NCBI GenBank assembly: GCA_902551215.1
Contig: CACDCI010000001.1
Span: 6,384 to 70,383 of the forward strand
Direction: 5' to 3'
Length of the DNA stretch: 64,000 nucleotides
Origin: an uncultured Pelagibacteraceae bacterium
GTDB lineage: Bacteria > Pseudomonadota > Alphaproteobacteria > Pelagibacterales > Pelagibacteraceae
Shown here: piece after piece, positions 32,659-41,888 of the stretch
How positions within the stretch are numbered: the stretch's first letter is position 1
Layout: every line of letters begins with the position of its first letter
Notes under the pieces: model-generated
Databases searched by the model: none
What the model was told of the DNA's origin: nothing
The model's input: only the letters and a program-made list of their open reading frames with translations
Translations under genes and position numbers: made by a program

Positions 32659-33230
32659 TGAAAATTTTATTAATAGATAACTACGATAGCTTTACATTTA
32701 ATTTATATCATTACATATCTTCATTTAAAAAAAATGTTGATGTTATTAGAAATGATAAAATTACTGATAAAGAAATTTTAAAAAAAAACTATAATAAAAT
32801 TGTAATATCACCAGGACCAGGTAATCCTTCTCAATCGGGCAATTGTATTAAAATAGTTAAATCACTTCATAAAAAAATTCCTATTCTTGGTGTTTGTTTG
32901 GGTCACCAAATAATAGGCCAAGTTTTTGGGTCAAAAATAATTCAAGCAAAAAAAATTATGCATGGAAAAACAAGCAATATTAGATCAAAAAAAATTGGTA
33001 TATTGAAAAATTTACCAAGCAAATTTGAAGCCACTAGATATCACAGTTTAATAATTGAAAAAAAAACATTATCTAAAAATCTTCTTATTACTGCAGAAAC
33101 AAACGATGGTGTTATTATGGGCATTCAACATAAAAAGTACAATGTTCATGGAGTGCAATTTCACCCAGAAAGCATTAAAACTTCATTAGGTATTAAAATA
33201 TTAAAAAATTTTATTAATTACAAAAAATAA
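32658..33230 (+). CDS. trpG: Anthranilate synthase component II
   Basis: IDNYDSF, SPGPG, GVCLGHQ, RYHSL, QFHPES. Confidence 0.93.
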   Translation: MKILLIDNYDSFTFNLYHYISSFKKNVDVIRNDKITDKEILKKNYNKIVISPGPGNPSQSGNCIKIVKSLHKKIPILGVCLGHQIIGQVFGSKIIQAKKIMHGKTSNIRSKKIGILKNLPSKFEATRYHSLIIEKKTLSKNLLITAETNDGVIMGIQHKKYNVHGVQFHPESIKTSLGIKILKNFINYKK

Positions 33231-34222
33231 TGGAAAAATTTTTAAAAAAATTAAACAACAAAGAAAATTTAACTTTTGAAGAATCTAAAGAAGCCTTTAA
33301 AATTCTAATGAATGGTAAAGCTTCTGATAAAGAAATATTTGATTTTCTAACATTTCTTTCTGCAAAAGGTGAGGTTTCTGATGAAATAGCTGGCGGTGTA
33401 TATATTTTAAGGGAAAAATCTAAAAGAGTTAACGTTAAAGATTGCGTTGATACATGTGGTACAGGTGGAGATGGAAAAAACACATTAAACATATCAACTG
33501 CTTCAGCATTATTACTATCAAGCATGGGAATTAAAGTTGCAAAACATGGAAATAAAGCTGTTTCCTCAAAATGTGGTTCTGGTGACGTTTTAGAAGCTTT
33601 AAATATTAAAATAACTTTAGAACCTAAAGATATTGAAAATCAAATTGATAAAAACAACTTTGGTTTTATGTTTGCACCCAATTACCATAGTGCCATGAAA
33701 TATGTTGGTCCAACTAGAAAAAAAATAGGCAAAAGAACTATTTTTAATATGATAGGCCCCTTAAGTAGCCCTGCTTTGGTTGAAAGACAGGTTGTTGGTG
33801 TTTTTGATAGAAAATTACTTAAAATTTTTGCAAATGCTCTGAAAAATTTAAATATTAAATTTGCATGGATAGTTAATAGCGATGATGGATTAGATGAAAT
33901 TTCACCATATGCAAAAACTAATGTTATACAATTAAAAAATGGTCAATTATCAGAAATTTCAATTAATCCAAATGAGTTAAATGTAAATGCAGAAAATTTT
34001 GAAAACTTATTAGGTGATGATTCAAAATTTAATGCAAATAAAATGATCGAAATATTCAAAGGTAATGATAATGATTTTTCAAAAGCAGTTTGTTTAAATG
34101 CAGCAGCAGGACTTATTGTATCAGAAAAGCATAATGAATTCAGTGAAGCTTATAATGACGCAAGAAAACATATTTTAAGTGGAAATTCTTTTAAACATTT
34201 AATTAATATACAAAATGGCTGA
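33230..34222 (+). CDS. trpD: Anthranilate phosphoribosyltransferase
   Basis: DTCGTGGD, NIST, KHGN, DGLDE. Confidence 0.95.
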   Translation: MEKFLKKLNNKENLTFEESKEAFKILMNGKASDKEIFDFLTFLSAKGEVSDEIAGGVYILREKSKRVNVKDCVDTCGTGGDGKNTLNISTASALLLSSMGIKVAKHGNKAVSSKCGSGDVLEALNIKITLEPKDIENQIDKNNFGFMFAPNYHSAMKYVGPTRKKIGKRTIFNMIGPLSSPALVERQVVGVFDRKLLKIFANALKNLNIKFAWIVNSDDGLDEISPYAKTNVIQLKNGQLSEISINPNELNVNAENFENLLGDDSKFNANKMIEIFKGNDNDFSKAVCLNAAAGLIVSEKHNEFSEAYNDARKHILSGNSFKHLINIQNG

Positions 34223-35006
34223 AAATACACTTGAAAAAATTATAGAAAAAAAAATTAATAAAATTAATAATTTAAAAAAAAATATTACAATAGAGTTATT
34301 AAATAAAAAAATATCTGAAAATAATTCTTTTATTGATTTTAAAGAAAAAATAGAAAAAAACATTAAATCAAATAAAATTTCAATCATAGCTGAAATAAAA
34401 AAAGCAAGTCCTTCAGCAGGTGTTATTATTAAAGATTATGATCCCTTAAAAATTGCAGAAATATATAAGTCTAACAAAGCTACTTGTCTTTCTGTTTTAA
34501 CAGAAGAAGATTTTTTCTTTGGTAATTTAATGCACATAAGTAAAATTAAACAAAAAATAAATTTACCAATTTTGTGTAAAGATTTTTTCATTGATCCATT
34601 TCAAGTGCATTTAGCAAAAAGCTATGGTGCTGATGCAATTCTAATTATTATTGCTGGTGTAAATGATAAATTGGCAGATCAATTATATGAGGAAGCTCAA
34701 AAGTTAAAAATGTCAGTAATTGTAGAGGTGCATACTATAGAAGAAGCAAAAAAAGCTTTAAGATTTAATGAAGCATTGATAGGAATAAACAATCGAAATC
34801 TTAAAACACTTAAAACAGAAATAAGTACAACTTATGAGATTAACGATTTTTTAAAAAATCATACTGGACCGTTAATTTCTGAAAGCGGGATTAAAACAAA
34901 AGAAGAACTTTTAGAGATTAAGAAAAAAACAAACATAAAAACTTTTTTAATTGGTGAATCACTTTTAAAAAACTTGGATAAAAATTCAATTTTTTCGGTT
35001 CTTTAG
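34215..35006 (+). CDS. trpC: Indole-3-glycerol phosphate synthase
   Basis: IAEIKKASPS, SVLTE, KDF, GINNRNL, SESGI. Confidence 0.95.
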   Translation: MAENTLEKIIEKKINKINNLKKNITIELLNKKISENNSFIDFKEKIEKNIKSNKISIIAEIKKASPSAGVIIKDYDPLKIAEIYKSNKATCLSVLTEEDFFFGNLMHISKIKQKINLPILCKDFFIDPFQVHLAKSYGADAILIIIAGVNDKLADQLYEEAQKLKMSVIVEVHTIEEAKKALRFNEALIGINNRNLKTLKTEISTTYEINDFLKNHTGPLISESGIKTKEELLEIKKKTNIKTFLIGESLLKNLDKNSIFSVL

Positions 35007-35055
35007 TTAAATTAACCCCTATTTTACTAGATTTTAATCTATTGTTAAATCAAAA

Positions 35056-35091
35056 GAACTTTTGTAGAACAGATTTGTACGATATTTGTTC
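35056..35091 (+). promoter_or_regulatory. Alphaproteobacterial SOS (LexA) boxes
   Basis: Perfect GAAC-N7-GAAC at 35056-35070 and GTAC-N7-GTTC at 35077-35091, ending 1 nt before the lexA ATG. Confidence 0.85.
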
Positions 35092-35092
35092 T

Positions 35093-35770
35093 ATGTTAAC
35101 CAAAAAACAAAAAAACCTGCTTTTATTTATCAACAAGAAGTTGAGAGCCTCTGGTGTTTCTCCTTCTTATGAGGAGATGAAGGAATCCTTAAACCTAAAA
35201 TCAAAGTCAGGAATTCATAGATTAATTAGCGCTCTAGAAGAAAGAGGTTTTATAAGAAGACTACCTCACAAAGCAAGAGCATTAGAAGTAATTAAATTAC
35301 CCGAAACAGCTTCAGCAAATGATATTTATAATAGTTTTTCACCTAGTGTAATTAAAGGTGGTTTAGATCAAGAAAAATCTAATGAAGAAAATTCAGAAAT
35401 ACCAGTTTTAGGTAAAATAGCAGCTGGCACACCTGTAGAAGCAATTCAAAATGAAGTTTCAAGAATACCTTTGCCGGTAAATTTAGAAAAAAATGGTGAA
35501 TACTTTGGTCTTAAAGTTGAAGGTGACTCAATGGTTGAAGCAGGAATTAGTGAAGGAGATACAGTAATTATCAAAAAAACTGATACTGCAGACAATGGAA
35601 AAATTGTTGTAGCATTAATAGATAACCATGAAGCAATGCTAAAAAGAATTCGAAGAAAAGGCAAAACTATAGCTCTTGAAAGCGCCAATAGAAATTATGA
35701 AACTAAAATTTTTGGCCCAGATAGGGTAAAAGTTCAAGGTATTTTAGTATCTTTATATAGAAACTTTTAA
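35093..35770 (+). CDS. lexA: SOS repressor LexA
   Basis: MLTKKQ start, SKSGIHRLISALEERGFI, IAAG cleavage site, GDSM serine, LKR lysine. Confidence 0.95.
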   Translation: MLTKKQKNLLLFINKKLRASGVSPSYEEMKESLNLKSKSGIHRLISALEERGFIRRLPHKARALEVIKLPETASANDIYNSFSPSVIKGGLDQEKSNEENSEIPVLGKIAAGTPVEAIQNEVSRIPLPVNLEKNGEYFGLKVEGDSMVEAGISEGDTVIIKKTDTADNGKIVVALIDNHEAMLKRIRRKGKTIALESANRNYETKIFGPDRVKVQGILVSLYRNF

Positions 35771-35792
35771 AAAAATAGTCTAAACATTTCCA

Positions 35793-37193
35793 ATGTCTAA
35801 AGTAGCAACTAGATTTGCTCCATCGCCCACTGGCCCTTTGCACATAGGGGGTGTTAGAACGGCTTTATTTAATTGGCTATTTTCTAAAAATAATAAAGGC
35901 ACTTTTCATTTAAGAATTGAAGATACGGATAAAGAAAGATCAAAAAAAGAGTATCATGATCAAATTATTAAATCTTTAAATTGGATTGGTATTAAACATG
36001 ATGGAGATGAATACATTCAATCAAAAAATATAGATACTCATGTAAAAGTAGCTAATGAATTATTAAAAAGTGGTAATGCTTATAAGTGTTACTGCTCAAC
36101 TGAAGAAATAGAAGAACAAAAAAAAAGATCAAGACAAAAAAAAATTCCATATGTTTACAATAGGAAATGGAGAAATATAAATGAAGCTAATGCTCCTAAG
36201 GATATTAAGCCAGTAATAAGGTTTAAAAGTAAAATTGATGGAACTTCTATATTGAAAGATTTAGTTCAAGGTGATGTTGAAATAGAAAACAACACTATTG
36301 AAGATTTTGTTATTTTGAGAAATGACGGAACGCCAACCTACAATCTTTCTGCATCTGTAGATGATCATAATATGAATATCACTCATGTTATAAGAGGAGA
36401 TGATCATAAAATTAATACATTTAAACAAATACAAATTCATACTGCTATGAATTGGAAGTTGCCATCATATGCACATATCCCTTTAATACATACTATTGGT
36501 GGAAAAAAGTTATCAAAAAGAGATAAGGCTTCAACATTGGATGACTATTCAAATATTGGCATTATGCCTGATGCATTAAGAAATTATCTCTTAAGACTAG
36601 GTTGGTCTTATAAAGATAAAGAAATATTTACCTTAGATGAAAGTATTAAACATTTTAATCTTGAGGGAATTGGTAAATCTCCATCAAAACTTGATCTAAG
36701 CCGAATTTTATCAATGAACGAGCATTATATTAAAAGTATTGAGGAAAAAGAACTTTTTACTCAGTTAACAAAATACTGTGAAAATTATAAAAAAAAGATA
36801 CCCAGTGAAAAAGAGGATAAAATTAAGTCATCATTGGTATTTCTTAAAAATAAAGCTAAAACTTTAGATGATATATACAATAACTCGAAATATATAATTC
36901 AAGATAAGATCAGTTTTAATGAAGAAGATGTCAAATTATTAGATAATAAAGCCAAAAAGATTATATCTGAATTCTCAAATAATATTTCCAAAATAGAAAA
37001 ATTAAATAAAGAGACACTAGAACCAATTATTAATGACCTTATTAAGTCAAATGAAACTAATTTTAAAGGAGTTGGACAGCCACTAAGAATTGTTTTAACA
37101 GGTTCAAAATATGGACCCGGAATTTATGATATAATAACTTCTCTTGGTAAAGATGAAGTTCAAAAAAGATTAGGGAGCAAGATAATTCAATAA
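35793..37193 (+). CDS. gltX: Glutamate--tRNA ligase
   Basis: RFAPSPTG.LHIGG, RIEDTD, IRGDDH, KLSKR. Confidence 0.95.
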   Translation: MSKVATRFAPSPTGPLHIGGVRTALFNWLFSKNNKGTFHLRIEDTDKERSKKEYHDQIIKSLNWIGIKHDGDEYIQSKNIDTHVKVANELLKSGNAYKCYCSTEEIEEQKKRSRQKKIPYVYNRKWRNINEANAPKDIKPVIRFKSKIDGTSILKDLVQGDVEIENNTIEDFVILRNDGTPTYNLSASVDDHNMNITHVIRGDDHKINTFKQIQIHTAMNWKLPSYAHIPLIHTIGGKKLSKRDKASTLDDYSNIGIMPDALRNYLLRLGWSYKDKEIFTLDESIKHFNLEGIGKSPSKLDLSRILSMNEHYIKSIEEKELFTQLTKYCENYKKKIPSEKEDKIKSSLVFLKNKAKTLDDIYNNSKYIIQDKISFNEEDVKLLDNKAKKIISEFSNNISKIEKLNKETLEPIINDLIKSNETNFKGVGQPLRIVLTGSKYGPGIYDIITSLGKDEVQKRLGSKIIQ

Positions 37194-38306
37194 AATAGAA
37201 GAAACTTCATCTGAAGAAGAGTTCTTTGGTCTAATTCCATTTAGTGTATTACTGCAATCATTAATCTGCTTATCAATTAAACTAGGATTTTTTAAAAAAT
37301 AAACTACAGATTTATATATTTCCTTAGAATTACATTCATTTTGAAGAAGTTCAGGAATAACTTCTTTGTTATTTATTATATTAATTATATTTGCATATTT
37401 GATTTTTGCTAAAAATTTAATAATCATAAAATTTAAGAAATTCATTTTATATATAATAATTGATGGAACTTTTGCGTTACAAATTTCTAATGAAACAGTT
37501 CCAGACTTTGAAACTGCAAATACTGAGTTTGATAAAATTTGAAACTTAATATTTTCTTCAGAAACAACTTCAACATTATTTAAATTTGAGCCTTTAACTA
37601 TATCATTTATGTAAGTTTTATTTTCATCAGTTGTATGAAATACAAAAAGATAATCATTATATTTTTCATTCATTAATTTTATAAAATCAATTAAAATAGG
37701 TAAAAGTATACTTGTTTCTGATGCTCTGCTTCCTGCAAACAAAGATATAATTCTTTTATCTTTTTTAATTAAATTTGATAAATCAGTCTTTGCTTTATTG
37801 TTTTTTTCAAGTAATGGATGACCAACAAATGTATTATTAATATTTTCTTTATCAAAATATTTCTTTTCAAAATTAAATAGTAAAAGAATATGATCTAAAA
37901 ATTTTTTAAATTTCTTTACTCTTCCCTCTCTCCATATCCAGACTTGAGGTGCTACAAAATGAATTGTTTTTATATTTGGATTGATTTTCTTAACTTTTTC
38001 AGCAACTCTTAATGTAAAATCAGGACTATCGACACTAAATAAAATATCAGGTTTAAATTTAATTATTTTATTTACTGTTTCATCAATTTTTTTTTTTATT
38101 TTAAATATGTTAAATATAACGCTTGTGAAACCAATATATGTAACTTCTTTAAGATCATAAATTGATTTTATACCTAGTGAATTTAAGTGAGCTCCACCAA
38201 GGCATAAATATTCAATATCTGAACGTTTATGTTTTAGTTTAGAAATAACAGTTGATGCCAATTTATCACCTGAAGGTTCTCCAGTTAAAATAAATATCTT
38301 TTTCAT
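37170..38306 (-). CDS. lpxB: Lipid-A-disaccharide synthase
   Basis: GEPSGD, DSPDF, APQVW.WR, FVGHPL, GSR, SGTVSLE. Confidence 0.93.
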   Translation of the reverse strand: MKKIFILTGEPSGDKLASTVISKLKHKRSDIEYLCLGGAHLNSLGIKSIYDLKEVTYIGFTSVIFNIFKIKKKIDETVNKIIKFKPDILFSVDSPDFTLRVAEKVKKINPNIKTIHFVAPQVWIWREGRVKKFKKFLDHILLLFNFEKKYFDKENINNTFVGHPLLEKNNKAKTDLSNLIKKDKRIISLFAGSRASETSILLPILIDFIKLMNEKYNDYLFVFHTTDENKTYINDIVKGSNLNNVEVVSEENIKFQILSNSVFAVSKSGTVSLEICNAKVPSIIIYKMNFLNFMIIKFLAKIKYANIINIINNKEVIPELLQNECNSKEIYKSVVYFLKNPSLIDKQINDCSNTLNGIRPKNSSSDEVSSILLNYLAP

Positions 38307-39097
38307 TTAACTGTAATGAACATTTTGTTTGTATTTGCGAAACTGATACACTTTTTTTTTTGTAAAAATACATTTTGATTACTTTTTAAAACAATTCCTT
38401 TTAACCCTGCTGATTTACATTGATTTAAAGTTTTTAATCCTACTGTTGGTAAATCAATTCTTAGATCTTGTTTTTTCTTAGGAAATTTTACTAAAACACC
38501 ATTGTTTCTAAATTTTTTATTTTTACATTTTTTAAGCATTTTTTTAGTTCCACCTCTGCCTTCTATGGCAATAATTTTATTATTTCTAACAATGGTTCCT
38601 TGGCTAAAGTTATATTTGCCTAATTTATTTAATGTTTTTATTGCTTTGTTAATATCAATTTTGTCATTTTTATTAGGTTTTAATTTAGAATAATTTCCTT
38701 TTTTTAATGTTAATTCAGGATTAAATGCAAGAGAGTTTATAGTTTTTATTTTTTGTTCTTTTAATATTTTTATAATCTCTTTTAAAATAGCTGCATCTCC
38801 AAGTTTTGAACTTTTTATTATTCGTGGAATATAATAAATACCTTTTAAATCTAATTTAAGTTTGGAAAATTTTGGTTTAGCAACATTTCCAGCGAATAAT
38901 ACCTTTTTACATTTTTTTTTATTAAGTAAGTTAATAATCTTGCCAAATTGTCCAATCGATATTTTGTAAGAATTTTTATCCTTTTTAAATTTATTATTTT
39001 TGGAAAGGTCAATAATAAAATATTTTTTTTTATATTTTTTTATTTTATTAAGTATTTTTATTGGAAAGTCTGAATCGCCAAAAAAAAGACCAATCAT
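38303..39097 (-). CDS. lpxI: UDP-2,3-diacylglucosamine pyrophosphatase LpxI
   Basis: GDAAIL, AIEG..GT, K..QDLRIDLPTVG; located upstream of lpxB. Confidence 0.88.
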   Translation of the reverse strand: MIGLFFGDSDFPIKILNKIKKYKKKYFIIDLSKNNKFKKDKNSYKISIGQFGKIINLLNKKKCKKVLFAGNVAKPKFSKLKLDLKGIYYIPRIIKSSKLGDAAILKEIIKILKEQKIKTINSLAFNPELTLKKGNYSKLKPNKNDKIDINKAIKTLNKLGKYNFSQGTIVRNNKIIAIEGRGGTKKMLKKCKNKKFRNNGVLVKFPKKKQDLRIDLPTVGLKTLNQCKSAGLKGIVLKSNQNVFLQKKKCISFANTNKMFITVK

Positions 39098-39582
39098 TAT
39101 TTTTTAGTATAGTTAAAATTTATTACAATTCTAACTTTTTGATCTGTACAATCTACTCCGGCATGACTCTGATGACTGTCAAATTCAACAAGTCTATTTG
39201 CTTTACTTATTACTTTTTTTCCATTTTGAAAAATAGTTCCACCATTATTTGTATTAAGGTAAAAAACTGAAGTTTTGTGATCTTTTAAATCAGTGTCTGT
39301 ATGCATTGGGTATTTGTAGTTTGTATCTTTTTTTGGTGTTAAATTGGCTTTAACTCTAATTAAATCTTTAATTTCTAGTTTTTCAATTATTGGAAGTACT
39401 AATTTCCAGTGTGATGTTTTTATTGTTTTTTCTGAAAAAAAAATATGTGTGAACTGATAATTTTCACCATCATCTATGGATGATTTTGATGAATTATAAT
39501 ACCACGGAAACTCTACTCCAAACAATGTATCACTTAAATTTTTTAAACTTTTACCATCTACTAAATTGTCTATGATTTTCAT
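39097..39582 (-). CDS. Putative Fe(II)/2-oxoglutarate-dependent dioxygenase
   Basis: H94-x-D96, H140 and R151; beta-strand segments VFYLN..NGGT.F, NRLVEFD and RIVINFNY. Confidence 0.72.
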   Translation of the reverse strand: MKIIDNLVDGKSLKNLSDTLFGVEFPWYYNSSKSSIDDGENYQFTHIFFSEKTIKTSHWKLVLPIIEKLEIKDLIRVKANLTPKKDTNYKYPMHTDTDLKDHKTSVFYLNTNNGGTIFQNGKKVISKANRLVEFDSHQSHAGVDCTDQKVRIVINFNYTKK

Positions 39583-39599
39583 GTTTATCTACTTATAAA

Positions 39600-40382
39600 T
39601 TATTTTGTAAAAGGTGTACAAATAGATCTTTTTTTATCTTTTGTTATAAATTTTATTACATCTTTTACTAATTTGTTTTCCTTAAATTCACCATTTAATT
39701 TGCTTAAGTTATCAGTAAGATTTTTTGTAGCAAAAATTTCCTTATATGCATCAGTTAAACCAAGTATATCCTTATTATTAAAGTTAGCTCTTCTTAAACC
39801 AATTAAATTAAGACCCTGTAAATAATTTCTATTTCCTATAGATAAACCATATGGAATTACATCATGCAAAACACCTGTCATTCCGCCAACCATTGCCATT
39901 TTCCCTATTCTTGTAAATTGTTGGACAGCTGAATTTCCACCTATAATAACTTTATCTTCAATAATTGCATGTCCAGCTATAGCAACGTTATTTGCTATAA
40001 TTATATTGTCTCCTACAATGCAATCATGAGCAATGTGAGATGAAATCATAAATAAACAATCGTTTCCTATTTTAGTTAATCCTCCGCCTCCTTCGGTTCC
40101 TGGGTTAATTGTTACGTATTCCCTTATTTTATTATTGTCACCAATTATAAGTTTGGTCTCCTCTCCATTGTATTTTAAATCTTGTGGATCGTTACCTATT
40201 GAAGCAAATGGATAAATTGTATTATCTTTTCCAATTTTGGTATTCCCAGAAATATTTACATGTGAATGGATCTTCACATTTTCATCAATTTCAACATTTG
40301 GACCAATTACACAATAAGGACCAATATTTACTGAAGATGATATTTTTGCTTTATTATCTACAATTGCGGTTTTGTGTATCAT
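39600..40382 (-). CDS. lpxA: UDP-N-acetylglucosamine acyltransferase
   Basis: Hexapeptide repeats, PQDLKY, HIAHDC, GLNLIGLRR. Confidence 0.95.
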   Translation of the reverse strand: MIHKTAIVDNKAKISSSVNIGPYCVIGPNVEIDENVKIHSHVNISGNTKIGKDNTIYPFASIGNDPQDLKYNGEETKLIIGDNNKIREYVTINPGTEGGGGLTKIGNDCLFMISSHIAHDCIVGDNIIIANNVAIAGHAIIEDKVIIGGNSAVQQFTRIGKMAMVGGMTGVLHDVIPYGLSIGNRNYLQGLNLIGLRRANFNNKDILGLTDAYKEIFATKNLTDNLSKLNGEFKENKLVKDVIKFITKDKKRSICTPFTK

Positions 40383-41361
40383 TTACTTTCTCTAATAAAA
40401 TTTTTTAAATCTTTTGCAGGGTATCCCATTACTTTAGTGTTATCAGCTATATCTTTAATCACACCACTGCCACCACCTATCTGAACATTGCTTCCAATTT
40501 TTAAATGGCCTGAAATACCAGCTTGACCACCAATCGTAACATGATTGCCCAGTGTTGAGCTTCCAGCAAATCCTACTTGACCTGCAATTATACAGTTGTC
40601 ACCAATTTTAACATTATGAGCTATATGAATTTGATTGTCCAAAAATGTATTCTTTCCAATTACTGTATTTGACATAGAGCCACGATCAATAGTAGATCCA
40701 CACCCAATTTCAGAATGATCATTAATTATAACTAGCCCAATTTGAGGATAACGGTAGTTTTTCTCTTTATTAGGAAAAAAACCAAATCCTTTTTTTCCAA
40801 TTACACATCCATCTAAAATATTAATGTTATTTTTAATAACTGTGTTTCTTATTATTGTATTAGATCCAATGGAACAATCATTTCCTATAACTACGTTTTT
40901 TTCTATAATTGAGTTGTGTCCTATGGAGCAATTTTTTCCAATTTTTACGTTCTTTCCAATTAATACATTTTTTCCAAATTTAACTTTTTTCTTAAATGAA
41001 GTTTTTGATATGTCTTTTACAGTAAGATCAAAATCATCAGTTACTGAATCTGGATAAAATATTTCTGTAATTTTTGCTGTTGAAACTAAAACATTATCAA
41101 CAATTATTTTATTGCAGTAATTTGGTAAATAATTTTTAAGATTTTCTGTTGTGATACAAAAAAAGCTTTAGTTTTTGATGCTAATTTTTCATATTTTTTT
41201 GAATGAAAAAATGTAATGTTGTCTTTGGTCGCTGTAGAAAGATCTCTAATATCTGTAATTTTAGACTTTAAATAATTTTCCTTATTATCAATACCAGATA
41301 ATTTTAAAAGTTTATCAATTTTATATGGACCTTTATTTTTAAAAAAAGGATTTATGGTCAT
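40379..41361 (-). CDS. lpxD: UDP-3-O-acylglucosamine N-acyltransferase, split by a 1-nt frameshift near 41160 (probable sequencing error)
   Basis: Adding one T to the T7 run (A at 41158-41164) joins MTINPFF...KTKA to FFCITTENL...GKKGFGF...PQIG...TIDRGS...DNQIHIAHNVKIG, giving 327 aa. Confidence 0.9.
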
Positions 41362-41413
41362 TAAAGTTTTTTATCAAAACTTTAAATAAATGGTTATCAA
41401 GATTTGTTGCTAA

Positions 41414-41863
41414 TTATTTCCTATCTACTATTGTTGCAGACCATTGTGCATCAGCCATTTTTTTATCTTCTACAAAGGCTTCACCTTTATACTTCCAAAC
41501 TCTTCCATGAGATCTTATCGCTTCTATATTAAGTTCAAGCTTACAATTAGGAATAACAGGATTTCTAAATCTTGCTTTTTCAACACTCATTAAAAAAACT
41601 AATTTATTTTCATATGTAGATTTGTCTATACCATGTGCTGTTAATGCTGCAGCAGCTTGTCCAAATGCTTCAACTATAAGTACACCAGGCATAACAGGTT
41701 GTCCTGGAAAATGCCCTTGAACATAAAAACTATCTTTCTTTACATTTACAATTGCAGTAGCAGAAAACAATTTTTTAATATTTAACAATTCATCAATTAA
41801 AAGCATAGGTTCTCTATGAGGTAATAATTTTTCTATTTGATCTTTATTTAATGAGATAGTCAT
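41414..41863 (-). CDS. fabZ: 3-hydroxyacyl-ACP dehydratase
   Basis: LPHREPMLLID, GHFPGQPVMPGVLIVEA, FRNPV.P. Confidence 0.95.
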   Translation of the reverse strand: MTISLNKDQIEKLLPHREPMLLIDELLNIKKLFSATAIVNVKKDSFYVQGHFPGQPVMPGVLIVEAFGQAAAALTAHGIDKSTYENKLVFLMSVEKARFRNPVIPNCKLELNIEAIRSHGRVWKYKGEAFVEDKKMADAQWSATIVDRK

Positions 41864-41888
41864 TAGTTGTTAATAATTGTTAAAATCA

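Noticed and set aside
35042-35092. N-terminal extensions given by the ORF track for lexA (also XRE 10565, lipA 24663, dnaE 52930)
   Set aside because: The extensions cover regulatory sites or upstream genes; family-typical N-termini begin at downstream ATGs.
39600-41000. 18-bp periodicity in lpxA and lpxD as a DNA repeat array
   Set aside because: Explained by hexapeptide (left-handed beta-helix) protein repeats; not CRISPR or tandem DNA repeats.
40379-41361. lpxD as a true pseudogene or as two small genes
   Set aside because: A single homopolymer indel restores a full-length frame with no other lesions.
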